Below are positions 36,897 to 46,635 of a DNA stretch of 64,000 nucleotides, one piece after another; within the stretch, counting starts at the first letter, position 1, and each line of letters opens with the position of its first letter. The notes under the pieces are model-generated. The model worked only from the letters and a program-made list of their open reading frames with translations. It was not told the DNA's origin and did no database searches. The stretch comes from an uncultured Duncaniella sp. Lineage in GTDB: Bacteria > Bacteroidota > Bacteroidia > Bacteroidales > Muribaculaceae. The stretch is from NCBI GenBank assembly GCA_958352885.1, contig CATWQI010000004.1:112179-176178 (forward strand), read 5' to 3'. The translations under genes were made by a program, and so were the position numbers.

Positions 36897-37918
36897 CATA
36901 TTTCCCCTCTCTCCGTTTTCTCCTCTTTCTCCTGCTCTCTGTTTCGCTGTGCGATGTCTCTTCCGAATCATTGTGGAGGCAGCGGGAGTATCATCCGTCC
37001 CCTTTTGTAATACGTGATTCGGCTGTCACAGCTTCCCATCATGCTGGAACACATTCCGATATGCTTACGGTCGAGGTGCGTGGCGCAATGTCCGGAATAG
37101 GGGAGCGTGCGGGCATGGCTCCGGTTTACTGGGGCTATAATGTGATTGGAGCCGGAGGTGACACGCTGTCAGTGTCTTTGCGTCACGGCAACACTGATTT
37201 CGGAGACCTTCTTGACCGTCGTTTTACCCGTGTGGTGATAGCGTGCGGGTCTCGTACAGTTTTCAGTCAGGATTATATGGATGGTTTCGCCACATCTTCC
37301 GGCAATTATAATACGTTTCTGCTTGAACTGGATTGTAAGAATGGCTCTCTCCGCCTTGCAGGCGGTTCCCGTTCGGCAGCTCCGATAGCTGATATCCCAT
37401 ATGATACGGGTGATTTGTCGGATGTGTCGGTCGAAGTGTGGGCAAAGGGCGAACTTGAAGTGTCATCGCTTTCCACGGAGGCACACCACTCGGTCGCTGC
37501 CGGTCTTGCGTCCGGGTGGAGCGTCAAATCCCTTGACGAGCGTTTTGCTTCGACAACAGACCCGTTGGAGGGATACTGGCGATACCTTGACCGTCAGAAC
37601 GACAGGGATTACGCCCGTCTTGGAGGCAGGTATGTGCTGGCTGTGGTCAAAAGTGAGGCGATTGATGGAGGATATGATGTGATTTATGTGGCGGGTGCGG
37701 AAACTATGGCCCGAAGCTGGGTGTCCGGCATGATTAAAGGTCATCTTTTGCCTACCATCTTCCAGTCGCACTATGACTTGACGTGGTATGACTCGACATT
37801 CGAGCGGATGAGCCGTGATATACATGCTTCAGTGACTGACAATGCCATAATGACATTCTCGTTCCCGTTGCTCCGGACCACTCTGCGATTTTCAAAGGCT
37901 CCCAACCACCAGGAATGA
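36893..37918 (+). CDS. Hypothetical secreted protein (341 aa), translationally coupled to the PurF-like gene
   Basis: ATGA start/stop overlap with the upstream gene. Signal peptide MTYFPSLRFLLFLLLSVSLC. No recognised domain. The 3' end overlaps the convergent DMT gene by 27 nt. Confidence 0.5.
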   Translation: MTYFPSLRFLLFLLLSVSLCDVSSESLWRQREYHPSPFVIRDSAVTASHHAGTHSDMLTVEVRGAMSGIGERAGMAPVYWGYNVIGAGGDTLSVSLRHGNTDFGDLLDRRFTRVVIACGSRTVFSQDYMDGFATSSGNYNTFLLELDCKNGSLRLAGGSRSAAPIADIPYDTGDLSDVSVEVWAKGELEVSSLSTEAHHSVAAGLASGWSVKSLDERFASTTDPLEGYWRYLDRQNDRDYARLGGRYVLAVVKSEAIDGGYDVIYVAGAETMARSWVSGMIKGHLLPTIFQSHYDLTWYDSTFERMSRDIHASVTDNAIMTFSFPLLRTTLRFSKAPNHQE

Positions 37919-38806
37919 AAGACCGATCAGAAGCAATGTCAAATCCACGAGCTTAAGCTTTATGTTCTTCTCGTGAAGGAAGATTACACCGTAGAAGAAT
38001 GATACTATCACGCTGCCGCGTCGTATCATTGATACCACGGCAATCATCGACCCTTCGAGCGAGAGGCTGTAAAAATATGCTATATCTGCCACGGTGAGGA
38101 ACAGCGATATGAACGGGATGGTCCAGCGCCATTGCAGAGGGGTTCCACCTTTGAGCCCGCGCATAATTATGCCGATTGTGATTCCCATGATGATGAGCTG
38201 GTAGAGCGAATACCACGCCTGGACTTCCAGAGGCTCGTACCTTGTGAGCAGGTATTTGTCATAAAGTGCGCTTACCGCTCCCATGGCTGTCGCTCCGATA
38301 GCCATCCATACCCATTTGCTGCTTTTAATCGAGAAGCCTTCCTTGCCTCCGACCCGACTGATAAAGTAAAGTGACCAGAACCCGAGTATCACACCGACCC
38401 ATTGCAACGCATTGAGTCTCTCACCGAAAATCAGCAGTGCGCCGACAAGCACCATCACCGGACGTGAGGCATTTACAGGTCCGGCAATCGTAAGCGGAAG
38501 GTGCTTTATGCTTGCATAGCCGAGCAGCCATGATGTGAGTACGATACCTGATTTAAGTAATATTGCGCCATGTCCCTCCAGGGTGTTCCCAAGTCCGTAA
38601 TTCCCGTGGCATATGCCGGTTATAATGATAGGGAGCATGAAAATTGCTCCGAAGAGAGTATTTAGAAACAGAACACCTAACACACTGTTTCTGTCGAGTG
38701 ACAGTTTTTTCATCACGTCGTAGAAGCCGAGGCATAGCGCCGAAGCGACCGCAAGTATTACCCACATAAGAAAAAATAGCGTCTTTAATGGTATGCCGTT
38801 TGGCAC
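37892..38806 (-). CDS. EamA/DMT-family transporter
   Basis: About 10 TM helices with duplicated EamA-like halves. 304 aa. Confidence 0.75.
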   Translation of the reverse strand: MPNGIPLKTLFFLMWVILAVASALCLGFYDVMKKLSLDRNSVLGVLFLNTLFGAIFMLPIIITGICHGNYGLGNTLEGHGAILLKSGIVLTSWLLGYASIKHLPLTIAGPVNASRPVMVLVGALLIFGERLNALQWVGVILGFWSLYFISRVGGKEGFSIKSSKWVWMAIGATAMGAVSALYDKYLLTRYEPLEVQAWYSLYQLIIMGITIGIIMRGLKGGTPLQWRWTIPFISLFLTVADIAYFYSLSLEGSMIAVVSMIRRGSVIVSFFYGVIFLHEKNIKLKLVDLTLLLIGLSFLVVGSL

Positions 38807-38822
38807 ACTCTAAAATTTTCCG

Positions 38823-38830
38823 CAAAGTTA
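38823..38830 (-). promoter_or_regulatory. -7 box TAacTTTG (minus strand) for the DMT gene
   Basis: Plus strand caaagtta. Confidence 0.3.
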
Positions 38831-38862
38831 CGAAATATGATTGTCTTTTGCGATTTTTGTGC

Positions 38863-38870
38863 TAACTTTG
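38863..38870 (+). promoter_or_regulatory. -7 promoter box TAacTTTG upstream of dnaN
   Basis: Exact motif 38 nt upstream of ATG 38908. Confidence 0.4.
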
Positions 38871-38907
38871 TGGGATAATACGATAAATCAATAAATCGAA
38901 TCGATAT

Positions 38908-40038
38908 ATGAAATTTACAGTTCCAAGCAAGACACTTCATAATTTTGCTTCGTCGGTAAGCAAGGTCATCAATGCCAAGAACGCGCTGACCATTCTTAAT
39001 AATTTCCTTTTCTCTATAGAGGGCAATGTGCTTACAATCACGGCATGTGACGGCGAGAATACCCTTTGTGGACGTATTCCCATCATGGATGTGGAGGGTT
39101 ACGGTGAGTTTTGCATAGATGCCCGCAGGGTAGTTGAGCTGCTCCGCGTGATGCCTGAGCAGGAACTGAATTTTGAGATTGATGATACTACTCTCGCTGT
39201 CGAGATGTCACATCCCAATGGCTCATATAAATTTATGGGCGTTTCAGGTGCGGAATATCCACGCTTCAACCGTACTGCTTCCGATAATCTTCTTACTTTC
39301 CAGACCTCTGGCTCACTGTTGCTCCGTGGTTTGGAATTTACTTCGTTTGCCGCCGGTACCGATATGCTGCGCCCGCAGATGATGGGTGTGTATTGGGACA
39401 TAAAGCCTGACCGCCTGATTTTCGTGGCAACCGACACCCATAAGCTTGTGAAATTCGAGGATGCAAGTTTCGCTCCAGGCATAGAGGGGTCATTTATCCT
39501 TCCTAACAAGTCGACCAATGTGTTCCGCAGTGTTTTCAGCAAGGATGAGGATGTTAAAGTTTCTCTTGACCCGCAGCAGGGTGTGACATTTGAAAATGAC
39601 ACCTTCACATTCGAGAGCCGTCTTGTCAAAGGTCGTTTCCCTGATTACACCCGTGTGATTCCTGCCAATAATCCTTTCACACTCACAGTCAACCGTCACC
39701 AGTTCACCACTGCGGTGCGTCGGGTGAGTCTCTTTGTGGATGAAGGTCACGGTCTTATCAAGTTCCGTCTCACACCGGATATGCTTACAATCAAGGCATC
39801 CGACAACGAGTATAACACCTCGGGTGTCGAGACTCTCGCTTCGGATTTTACCGGCAACAGCATGGTGGTTGGCTTCAGTTCTTCATATCTGTCTGAACTG
39901 GCTGGAGTGCTTTGGACTGATGATATCGTGTTCAAGCTCGCCGACCCGTCTAAGCCGGCTGTCATCCTTCCCACCGAGGATAAGGCTGATACCAAGCTCA
40001 CAATGCTCCTCATGCCGATGAGTGTTACAGACTTCTGA
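38908..40038 (+). CDS. dnaN: DNA polymerase III beta subunit (sliding clamp)
   Basis: MKFTV...LTILNNFLFSIEGNVLTITACDGE. Three-domain beta clamp, 376 aa. Confidence 0.9.
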   Translation: MKFTVPSKTLHNFASSVSKVINAKNALTILNNFLFSIEGNVLTITACDGENTLCGRIPIMDVEGYGEFCIDARRVVELLRVMPEQELNFEIDDTTLAVEMSHPNGSYKFMGVSGAEYPRFNRTASDNLLTFQTSGSLLLRGLEFTSFAAGTDMLRPQMMGVYWDIKPDRLIFVATDTHKLVKFEDASFAPGIEGSFILPNKSTNVFRSVFSKDEDVKVSLDPQQGVTFENDTFTFESRLVKGRFPDYTRVIPANNPFTLTVNRHQFTTAVRRVSLFVDEGHGLIKFRLTPDMLTIKASDNEYNTSGVETLASDFTGNSMVVGFSSSYLSELAGVLWTDDIVFKLADPSKPAVILPTEDKADTKLTMLLMPMSVTDF

Positions 40039-40051
40039 TATCCCGGACAAA

Positions 40052-40816
40052 ATGAAGCTTAATTTAAAGAAGCCAATAGTGTTTTTCGACCTCGAAACTA
40101 CCGGGGTCGATGTCACTAACGACCATATAGTGGAAATCTCATTTATCAAGATTCTCCCTTCGGGTGAGGAGATTGAGAAGACACGCCGGATTAATCCGGG
40201 CGTGAAGATTCCGCCTGAAGCGACAGCTGTGCATCATATCTCTGATGAGGATGTGGCGGACGCTCCGACATTCAAGCAGATAGCCCGCTCACTCGCAAAT
40301 GAGATGACAGGGTGTGATATAGCCGGTTTCAACTCCAATAAGTTTGACATACCCATGCTTGACCAAGAGTTTCAGCGAGCCGGAATCAAGTTTGATTTTT
40401 CCAAGGCACGTATGATAGATGTGCAGACCATATTCCACAAGAAAGAGCAGCGTACGCTTGTGGCTGCCTATCGGTTCTATTGTGGCAAGGAGCTTGACGG
40501 CGCGCATTCGGCAAATGCCGACACACGTGCCACTTATGAGGTGCTCATGGCTCAGCTTGACAAGTATGATGACTTGCCCAACGACATGGAGGAGCTGAGC
40601 AAATTCTCCCGCCAGAACCGGAATGTGGATTTTATGGGGCGTCTTATATATAATGATAATGACGAGGAAGTGGTCAATTTCGGGAAATACAAAGGAAAAC
40701 TTGCAGGTGAGGTGCTCCAGAAGGATCCGGGCTATTATGACTGGATTATGAAAGGTGATTTCCCGCAGAATACCAAAGATTGTTTCACCCGTATAAAACT
40801 ACGCATGAAGAAATGA
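40052..40816 (+). CDS. DEDDh 3'-5' exonuclease (DnaQ/epsilon-like domain protein)
   Basis: Exo I motif FFDLETTG. Later H-x4-D region (GAHSANADTRATYEV). The ATG at 40052 starts 13 nt after the dnaN stop. Confidence 0.8.
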   Translation: MKLNLKKPIVFFDLETTGVDVTNDHIVEISFIKILPSGEEIEKTRRINPGVKIPPEATAVHHISDEDVADAPTFKQIARSLANEMTGCDIAGFNSNKFDIPMLDQEFQRAGIKFDFSKARMIDVQTIFHKKEQRTLVAAYRFYCGKELDGAHSANADTRATYEVLMAQLDKYDDLPNDMEELSKFSRQNRNVDFMGRLIYNDNDEEVVNFGKYKGKLAGEVLQKDPGYYDWIMKGDFPQNTKDCFTRIKLRMKK

Positions 40817-42024
40817 GTTTGCAGGGCAAACATATCATACTCGGAATCTGTGGCGGCATCGCGGCTTATAAGTCGGTGTCGCTGCTGAGGTTATTGGTAA
40901 AGGCAGGTGCTGAAGTGCAGGTGGTCATCACGCCGGCCGGAAAGGAGTTTATCACCCCTGTGACTCTCTCGGCTCTTAGCCAGAAGCCGGTGGTGAGTGA
41001 ATTTTTTACCGCCAATACCGGTGAATGGCATTCGCATGTCGACCTCGGGTTGTGGGCTGACTGTATGGTCATAGCTCCAGCCACGGCTTCGTCAATAGGG
41101 AAGATGGCTCATGGTATAGCTGACAATATGCTTATCACTACCTATCTTTCCGCCAAGTCTCCGGTGTTTGTAGCTCCGGCGATGGACCTCGACATGATGG
41201 CTCATCCGTCGACGCAAGCAAACATAGAGTTGCTGCGCAGCTATGGCAATCATATCATAGAGCCGGAGTCTGGTTACCTTGCAAGCGGGCTTGTAGGCAA
41301 AGGCCGCATGGAGGAACCGGAGAGAATCGTAGAGGTGCTTGAACGCTTTTTTGCCGTGAAGGAGACTCTGAAAGGGAAAAAAGTGCTCATCACGGCAGGC
41401 CCTACGCATGAAAAGATTGATCCTGTACGTTTCATAGGGAACTATTCGACCGGAAAGATGGGCTATGCGTTGGCTGAGGAATGTGCCGGGCGCGGAGCTG
41501 ACGTCGTTCTGGTAAGCGGACCTGTATCCGTCACAGCCTGTCATCCGTCGATAAAGGTGGTGGATGTCGAGTCTGCCAAGGAGATGCTTGCCGCTTGTGA
41601 GAATGTGTTTCCCTCGGTCGATATAGCCATTATGTGTGCTGCTGTGGCGGACTATGCTCCGGCGCATACGTCTGATTCCAAAATCAAACGTGAGCATCAG
41701 GAGGTCCCTGTGATTGAGCTGGTGAAAAATCCGGATATTGCCGCTACCTTAGGAGCCAAGAAGACCCCGGGACAGCGTATGATAGGTTTTGCGCTTGAAA
41801 CCGACCATGAATTTGACAATGCGGTAGAGAAGCTTGACAGGAAGAACCTTGATATGATAGTTCTTAATTCCATGCGTGACAAAGGTGCCGGATTTGGGAC
41901 AGACACGAATAAAATCACCATCTTCACCCGTGAAGGAAAGAGTGTGGAATATCCGCTGAAATCAAAGCGTGAGGTTGCGGGTGATATCGTAGATGCCATT
42001 GTGTCACTTGGTTTGCCGGAGTGA
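40813..42024 (+). CDS. coaBC: Bifunctional phosphopantothenoylcysteine decarboxylase / phosphopantothenate-cysteine ligase
   Basis: Flavoprotein N-domain (GKHIILGICGGIAAYK). CoaB C-domain (ITAGPTHEKIDPVRFIGNYSTGKMG). ATGA overlap with the upstream gene. Confidence 0.9.
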   Translation: MSLQGKHIILGICGGIAAYKSVSLLRLLVKAGAEVQVVITPAGKEFITPVTLSALSQKPVVSEFFTANTGEWHSHVDLGLWADCMVIAPATASSIGKMAHGIADNMLITTYLSAKSPVFVAPAMDLDMMAHPSTQANIELLRSYGNHIIEPESGYLASGLVGKGRMEEPERIVEVLERFFAVKETLKGKKVLITAGPTHEKIDPVRFIGNYSTGKMGYALAEECAGRGADVVLVSGPVSVTACHPSIKVVDVESAKEMLAACENVFPSVDIAIMCAAVADYAPAHTSDSKIKREHQEVPVIELVKNPDIAATLGAKKTPGQRMIGFALETDHEFDNAVEKLDRKNLDMIVLNSMRDKGAGFGTDTNKITIFTREGKSVEYPLKSKREVAGDIVDAIVSLGLPE

Positions 42025-42935
42025 TGAAGTGGGTTCTGTTGGTCATACCGTTGCTGTTGGTCTCGGTTTCTGCCATGGCACAGGAGTTGAATTGCCGTGT
42101 GGAGGTGGATGCCTCACAGATTGAGGGAACCAATAAGTCGGTTTTCGAGACTCTTCAGACAGCTATAAACGAGTATGTCAACACCACGAAATGGAGCGAT
42201 GCGGTCTTTTCTTCTAATGAAAAGATAGAGTCGAATTTATTCCTAACCGTTAGCGGTTATGACGAGTCAACAGGGAAGATGAGCGGTTCGCTACAGGTGC
42301 AGTCGGTGCGTCCGGTCTACAATTCGTCGTATGTCAGCACATTGATTAATTTTAAAGACAACAGGATAGAGTTCACGTATACGGAAAATGAGCCTCTCAT
42401 TTATTCCGAGACAGAAATGCAAAGCCAGCTCACAGCGATTGTAAATTTTTATGTAAATCTGATTCTGGCTGTTGATTTTGACTCATTCTCGCTCCATGGG
42501 GGCGACAGGTTCTTTGACAGGCTTGAGCTGATAGTCCATCAGGCGCAGTCGGCAGGCGAAAGCGGTTGGCGTACGTTTGAGGATACTAAAAACAGGGCGG
42601 CGGTGCTCAATTCGTTCATATCGCCCTCGACATCGCAGATTCGAGAGCTATACTACAGATATCACATTCAAGGTCTGGACGTGATGTCGGTAAGTCCTGA
42701 CAAAGGGAGGGGAGCTATTGACTCCTCGCTTGATATCCTATCCCGGATTTATGAAACTGACCCGATGTCGGTTGGATTGTCCATGTTCAAGGATGCCAAG
42801 CTTGATGAACTTGTCAATATTTATTCCAAGGCATCAGATAAGGAACGTCAGCATGCCTGTCGTATTCTTACAGAATTATACCCTACCGATGAGTCTCGCC
42901 TCGAACTTATAAAACGCGGTGGCGTTGACAATTGA
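42021..42935 (+). CDS. Secreted hypothetical protein conserved between coaBC and recN (DUF4835-like)
   Basis: Signal peptide. 4-nt overlap with coaBC. Family name is from memory and unverified. Confidence 0.45.
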   Translation: MMKWVLLVIPLLLVSVSAMAQELNCRVEVDASQIEGTNKSVFETLQTAINEYVNTTKWSDAVFSSNEKIESNLFLTVSGYDESTGKMSGSLQVQSVRPVYNSSYVSTLINFKDNRIEFTYTENEPLIYSETEMQSQLTAIVNFYVNLILAVDFDSFSLHGGDRFFDRLELIVHQAQSAGESGWRTFEDTKNRAAVLNSFISPSTSQIRELYYRYHIQGLDVMSVSPDKGRGAIDSSLDILSRIYETDPMSVGLSMFKDAKLDELVNIYSKASDKERQHACRILTELYPTDESRLELIKRGGVDN

Positions 42936-43010
42936 GAGCTTGTGTCTCCATGCCGTGACTGTCATGTTTCGATTTAATAACTAAGCAAACCATAAAAAAT
43001 TAACTTACAA

Positions 43011-44669
43011 GTGTTAGAGTCACTTCACATATCCAATTATGCGCTTATTGATGTCATAGACATTGATTTCCACAAGGGATTCAATGTGATAACCGGTGAG
43101 ACCGGAGCCGGAAAGTCAATAATCCTCGGCGCTCTGTCTCTGATACTCGGAGGGAGAGCTGACTCACGCGTTGTAACTAATCCGGAGGCGAAAAGCGTGA
43201 TTGAGGCAGTGTTTACGGTCGAAGGTTATCCCTCACTCAAGGAGTATTGCCTCGATGCCGATATAGAATGGGATGATGACAGATGCATACTACGGCGTGA
43301 GGTTGCGCCTGCAGGTCGTTCGCGTGCGTTTGTCAATGATTCCCCTGTCCCGCTTTCCAAACTCCAGGCAGTGGCGATGCGTCTCATAGACATCCATTCG
43401 CAACATCAGAACCAGCTGCTGTCCATGCCTGATTTCCAGCTTAAAATCATAGATACGCTTGCTGGCAACAGGCTTCGGCTGGATGAGTATGCAAAACGAT
43501 ATAATGCTTTGCGTGAGGCTGTGCGCCAGCTGAAGGTGATGCGGGCGAAGGTGGAGCGAAGCCGTGAAGATGAGGAGTTTACACGATTCCAGCTTGAACA
43601 GCTTGAGGAACTGAACCTTCTTCCCGGGGAACAGGCTGACCTTGAGCGAGAGCGGGAGGTGATGTCAAATATAGCTGTGATAAAGGATGCTCTCAACCGT
43701 GCTGCCGGAGCGCTGTCGCAGGATTCCGAGAATGCGGTATCGCTTGTCGAGACTGCCATTGATGCCTGTGAAGACCTTGGAGACGTCCTGAATGCGACCG
43801 ACGATATACCGGAACGGTTGGAGTCGGCTAAAATAGAGCTAAATGACATTGCGTCAACCCTGAGCGGGCTTGACGAGAGCCTCTCGGCTGACCCTGCGGA
43901 GCTTGCGGCTATCGAGGACAGGCTTAATTCCATCTACACGCTATGCCACAAGCATCATGTGGATAACAGTGACGGACTGATTGCTCTCCGTGACTCGCTG
44001 CGCAACAAGCTGAACGCTCTTGACAACTCTGACGAGTTCCTTAAGGATTTGGAGAAGGAGGCCCGCCGGGCAAAGGCACTTGCCAAGGAAGTAGCCATGG
44101 AGATTTCGGAGGCGCGTAAGGCGGAGGCTGTTAAATTCGGACAGCGGTTGCGAGAAGTAGCCATGCCGCTTGGTATGAAAAATCTCCAGTGTGATATCCA
44201 GGTGCTACCGGCTGATATGTCGGCTACCGGAATGGACACTGTGCAGTTCATGTTTGCATTCAACAAGAATCAGCCGCTTATGCCGGTCGGAGCGACAGCC
44301 TCGGGCGGTGAGATTTCGCGCCTTATGCTCTCGATCAAGTCGATTATCGCTTCAAGAATGCAGCTCCCGAGCATAATCTTCGACGAGATTGACACGGGAG
44401 TTTCCGGAGATGTCGCCAACCGTATGGGCGAGATGATGCGTGACATATCAAAAAGCATTCAGGTGACAGCCATCACACACCTGCCGCAGGTGGCATCGAA
44501 AGGTGATGCGCAGTATCGTGTGTACAAGGAGGATGATGACCATTCGACGCATACGCACATATCAAGGCTCTCAGACGAGGAGCGTGTCACTGCTATCGCC
44601 TCCATGCTTGGCGGTGCTTCAATTGACAAGGCTGCGCTTGCAGCCGCACGCTCACTGCTGAAAAAATGA
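43011..44669 (+). CDS. recN: DNA repair protein RecN
   Basis: Walker A GETGAGKSIILGAL. Coiled-coil middle region. C-terminal signature/Walker B region. GTG start (no in-frame ATG nearby). Confidence 0.9.
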   Translation: MLESLHISNYALIDVIDIDFHKGFNVITGETGAGKSIILGALSLILGGRADSRVVTNPEAKSVIEAVFTVEGYPSLKEYCLDADIEWDDDRCILRREVAPAGRSRAFVNDSPVPLSKLQAVAMRLIDIHSQHQNQLLSMPDFQLKIIDTLAGNRLRLDEYAKRYNALREAVRQLKVMRAKVERSREDEEFTRFQLEQLEELNLLPGEQADLEREREVMSNIAVIKDALNRAAGALSQDSENAVSLVETAIDACEDLGDVLNATDDIPERLESAKIELNDIASTLSGLDESLSADPAELAAIEDRLNSIYTLCHKHHVDNSDGLIALRDSLRNKLNALDNSDEFLKDLEKEARRAKALAKEVAMEISEARKAEAVKFGQRLREVAMPLGMKNLQCDIQVLPADMSATGMDTVQFMFAFNKNQPLMPVGATASGGEISRLMLSIKSIIASRMQLPSIIFDEIDTGVSGDVANRMGEMMRDISKSIQVTAITHLPQVASKGDAQYRVYKEDDDHSTHTHISRLSDEERVTAIASMLGGASIDKAALAAARSLLKK

Positions 44670-44729
44670 GGACTTGGAGAGCCGTATAACCCAATTAAAG
44701 ATTGATAAACCCAGAAAATATATTATATA

Positions 44730-45485
44730 GTGGAACGTAGCGATTACATTTACGGTATCCGTGCCGTGCTTGAGGCGATAGAGGCCGGAAAGGAGATAGA
44801 CAAGATATTTATAGCCAAGGATTTGCAAGGAGAATTGGCGGGCGAGCTTATTGCAGCCGCCAGAGCTGCCAGGGTGGTGATGCAGCGTGTGCCGGTGGAA
44901 CGTATCAACCGCATTACCCGCAAGAATCATCAAGGAGTCCTTGCGATGATGTCTGCGATAACTTATCATCGTCTCGACCATCTGGTGCCGGAGCTTTATG
45001 AGGCTGGCATATTACCCTTCATAGTGTTGCTTGACGGTATAACTGATGTGCGTAACTTTGGTGCTATAGCCCGTACTTGCGAGTGTGCAGGGGTAGATGC
45101 AATTGTTATCCCTGAGCATGGCAGTGTGTCGGTCGGAGGGGATGCAATCAAGACTTCAGCCGGGGCGCTGCATCACATACCTGTGTGCCGTGTGTCATCA
45201 ATTGCCTGGGCTGCGAAATTCCTCCGCGAGAATGGTTACAATGTGGTGGCTGTCTCGGAAAAGGCTGACATAAATTACACAGAGGGGCATTACAGCGACC
45301 CTGTAGCACTTGTTATGGGAGCCGAGGATGTCGGTATCTCACCCGAGGCGATGAAGCAGTGCGAGACCAAGGTGTCAATACCTATGTTCGGAAACATAGG
45401 TTCGCTTAATGTTTCAGTGGCAGCCGGAGTAATGATTTATGAGGTAGTGCGTCAGCGTCTGAATGCTAACCTTGAGATAATCTGA
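44730..45485 (+). CDS. TrmH/SpoU-family RNA 2'-O-methyltransferase (RlmB-like)
   Basis: SpoU_sub_bind N-domain plus SpoU MTase motifs (LLDGITDVRNFGAIARTCECAG; GAEDVGIS; SLNVSVAAGVMIYE). GTG start. Confidence 0.8.
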   Translation: MERSDYIYGIRAVLEAIEAGKEIDKIFIAKDLQGELAGELIAAARAARVVMQRVPVERINRITRKNHQGVLAMMSAITYHRLDHLVPELYEAGILPFIVLLDGITDVRNFGAIARTCECAGVDAIVIPEHGSVSVGGDAIKTSAGALHHIPVCRVSSIAWAAKFLRENGYNVVAVSEKADINYTEGHYSDPVALVMGAEDVGISPEAMKQCETKVSIPMFGNIGSLNVSVAAGVMIYEVVRQRLNANLEII

Positions 45486-46635
45486 CAACGATAAGAATTT
45501 TTTCGGAGTCGCAGTCTGTCGAGCCGAATACCATCATGTCACCCCCTTCTTTGACCTTGAGCTTCTTTACAAGTTCAGGGGCGGAGAGGGGGAAATTCCT
45601 TGTGGCGACATTGATTTTTGGATATTTTTTCGCAAAAGCCTTAACATTCTGTTTTGAGAAAGGTATGACTTCTTCAATCTCCAAGTGGCAGCCCGGAAAC
45701 CTATCTATCACACTTTCGGAATAATACAGATGCGTGTTCGGGTGTAATTTATCGAGGTTGAAGCGTGATGACAGAGTGCGGTAGCCGCCACTCTTCATCA
45801 CAGAAGGGTAGGGTTCATACAGATAACCGCCTGCTTTAGGCTTGCCGAACATAGCCGATGCCGAATTTTCATCATCGGAGGAGAATACAAATTCAGCACC
45901 GCCGACAGTGACAGAGCGTATCGTCCGGGTTGTCTCTCCGGCATTATCTTTAGTGTGAATCAGCACCACTTCTTTGCATTCCTTGCGTGTCCCTATCAGT
46001 GTGACATCGCACTGCACTCCAAGTTCCTTTATGGCTGCATCGATGCTTACCATAGGGGAGCACTTTATGATAAGTTTGTCGCAACGTTCAAGCAGGAGTC
46101 CCAATGAAGCCGTGACGTCGGGACGGCACTCCTTAAGTGCGAAGTGCCTGCCGGCTGAATCTCGTCTTGCCGGGTCGATAAAGATGGTGTCAAAGGTGCG
46201 CTTATTTCCGGCGAGCCATTCTATACTGTCTCCTTCCAGAATTTCCACATTTCCAAGCCCTAAAGCCTTTACATTGTGGCATGCCGCCTCATAGCTCTCC
46301 TTGTTAAGTTCAATAGCTGTGACTTCCGACGCTTTCCCGGCAAAATGAAAAGCGTCTATGCCAAGTCCGCAGGTCATGTCAAGCACAGTCCCGCTATCGT
46401 TAATCATACCCGCATGAATCTCGGCAACCGCGTCGGATGTCGCCATTTCCGCTACAGCCAACGATGGAAATATGAATTCGGGATTAGCAAGTGTGTCGGG
46501 CAGTTTTGATGCAGTCTTGTATCGGCATTCTGCCTGAAGAATTTCCCATAGCTTCTCCGGGGAACCATGGTATTTCAATCTTAGGCGGTTGAAATCATTG
46601 CCCTTCAGGATGGAAGTCAGTTCGTTGTCCATCAA
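45466..46635 (-). CDS. Class I SAM-dependent methyltransferase (THUMP-like/RsmD-like architecture)
   Basis: SAM motif I VLDMTCGLGIDAF. Motif post-I (EVTAIEL). D-PAR (FIDPARR) substrate motif typical of N-MTases. Confidence 0.7.
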   Translation of the reverse strand: MMDNELTSILKGNDFNRLRLKYHGSPEKLWEILQAECRYKTASKLPDTLANPEFIFPSLAVAEMATSDAVAEIHAGMINDSGTVLDMTCGLGIDAFHFAGKASEVTAIELNKESYEAACHNVKALGLGNVEILEGDSIEWLAGNKRTFDTIFIDPARRDSAGRHFALKECRPDVTASLGLLLERCDKLIIKCSPMVSIDAAIKELGVQCDVTLIGTRKECKEVVLIHTKDNAGETTRTIRSVTVGGAEFVFSSDDENSASAMFGKPKAGGYLYEPYPSVMKSGGYRTLSSRFNLDKLHPNTHLYYSESVIDRFPGCHLEIEEVIPFSKQNVKAFAKKYPKINVATRNFPLSAPELVKKLKVKEGGDMMVFGSTDCDSEKILIVVRLSQG

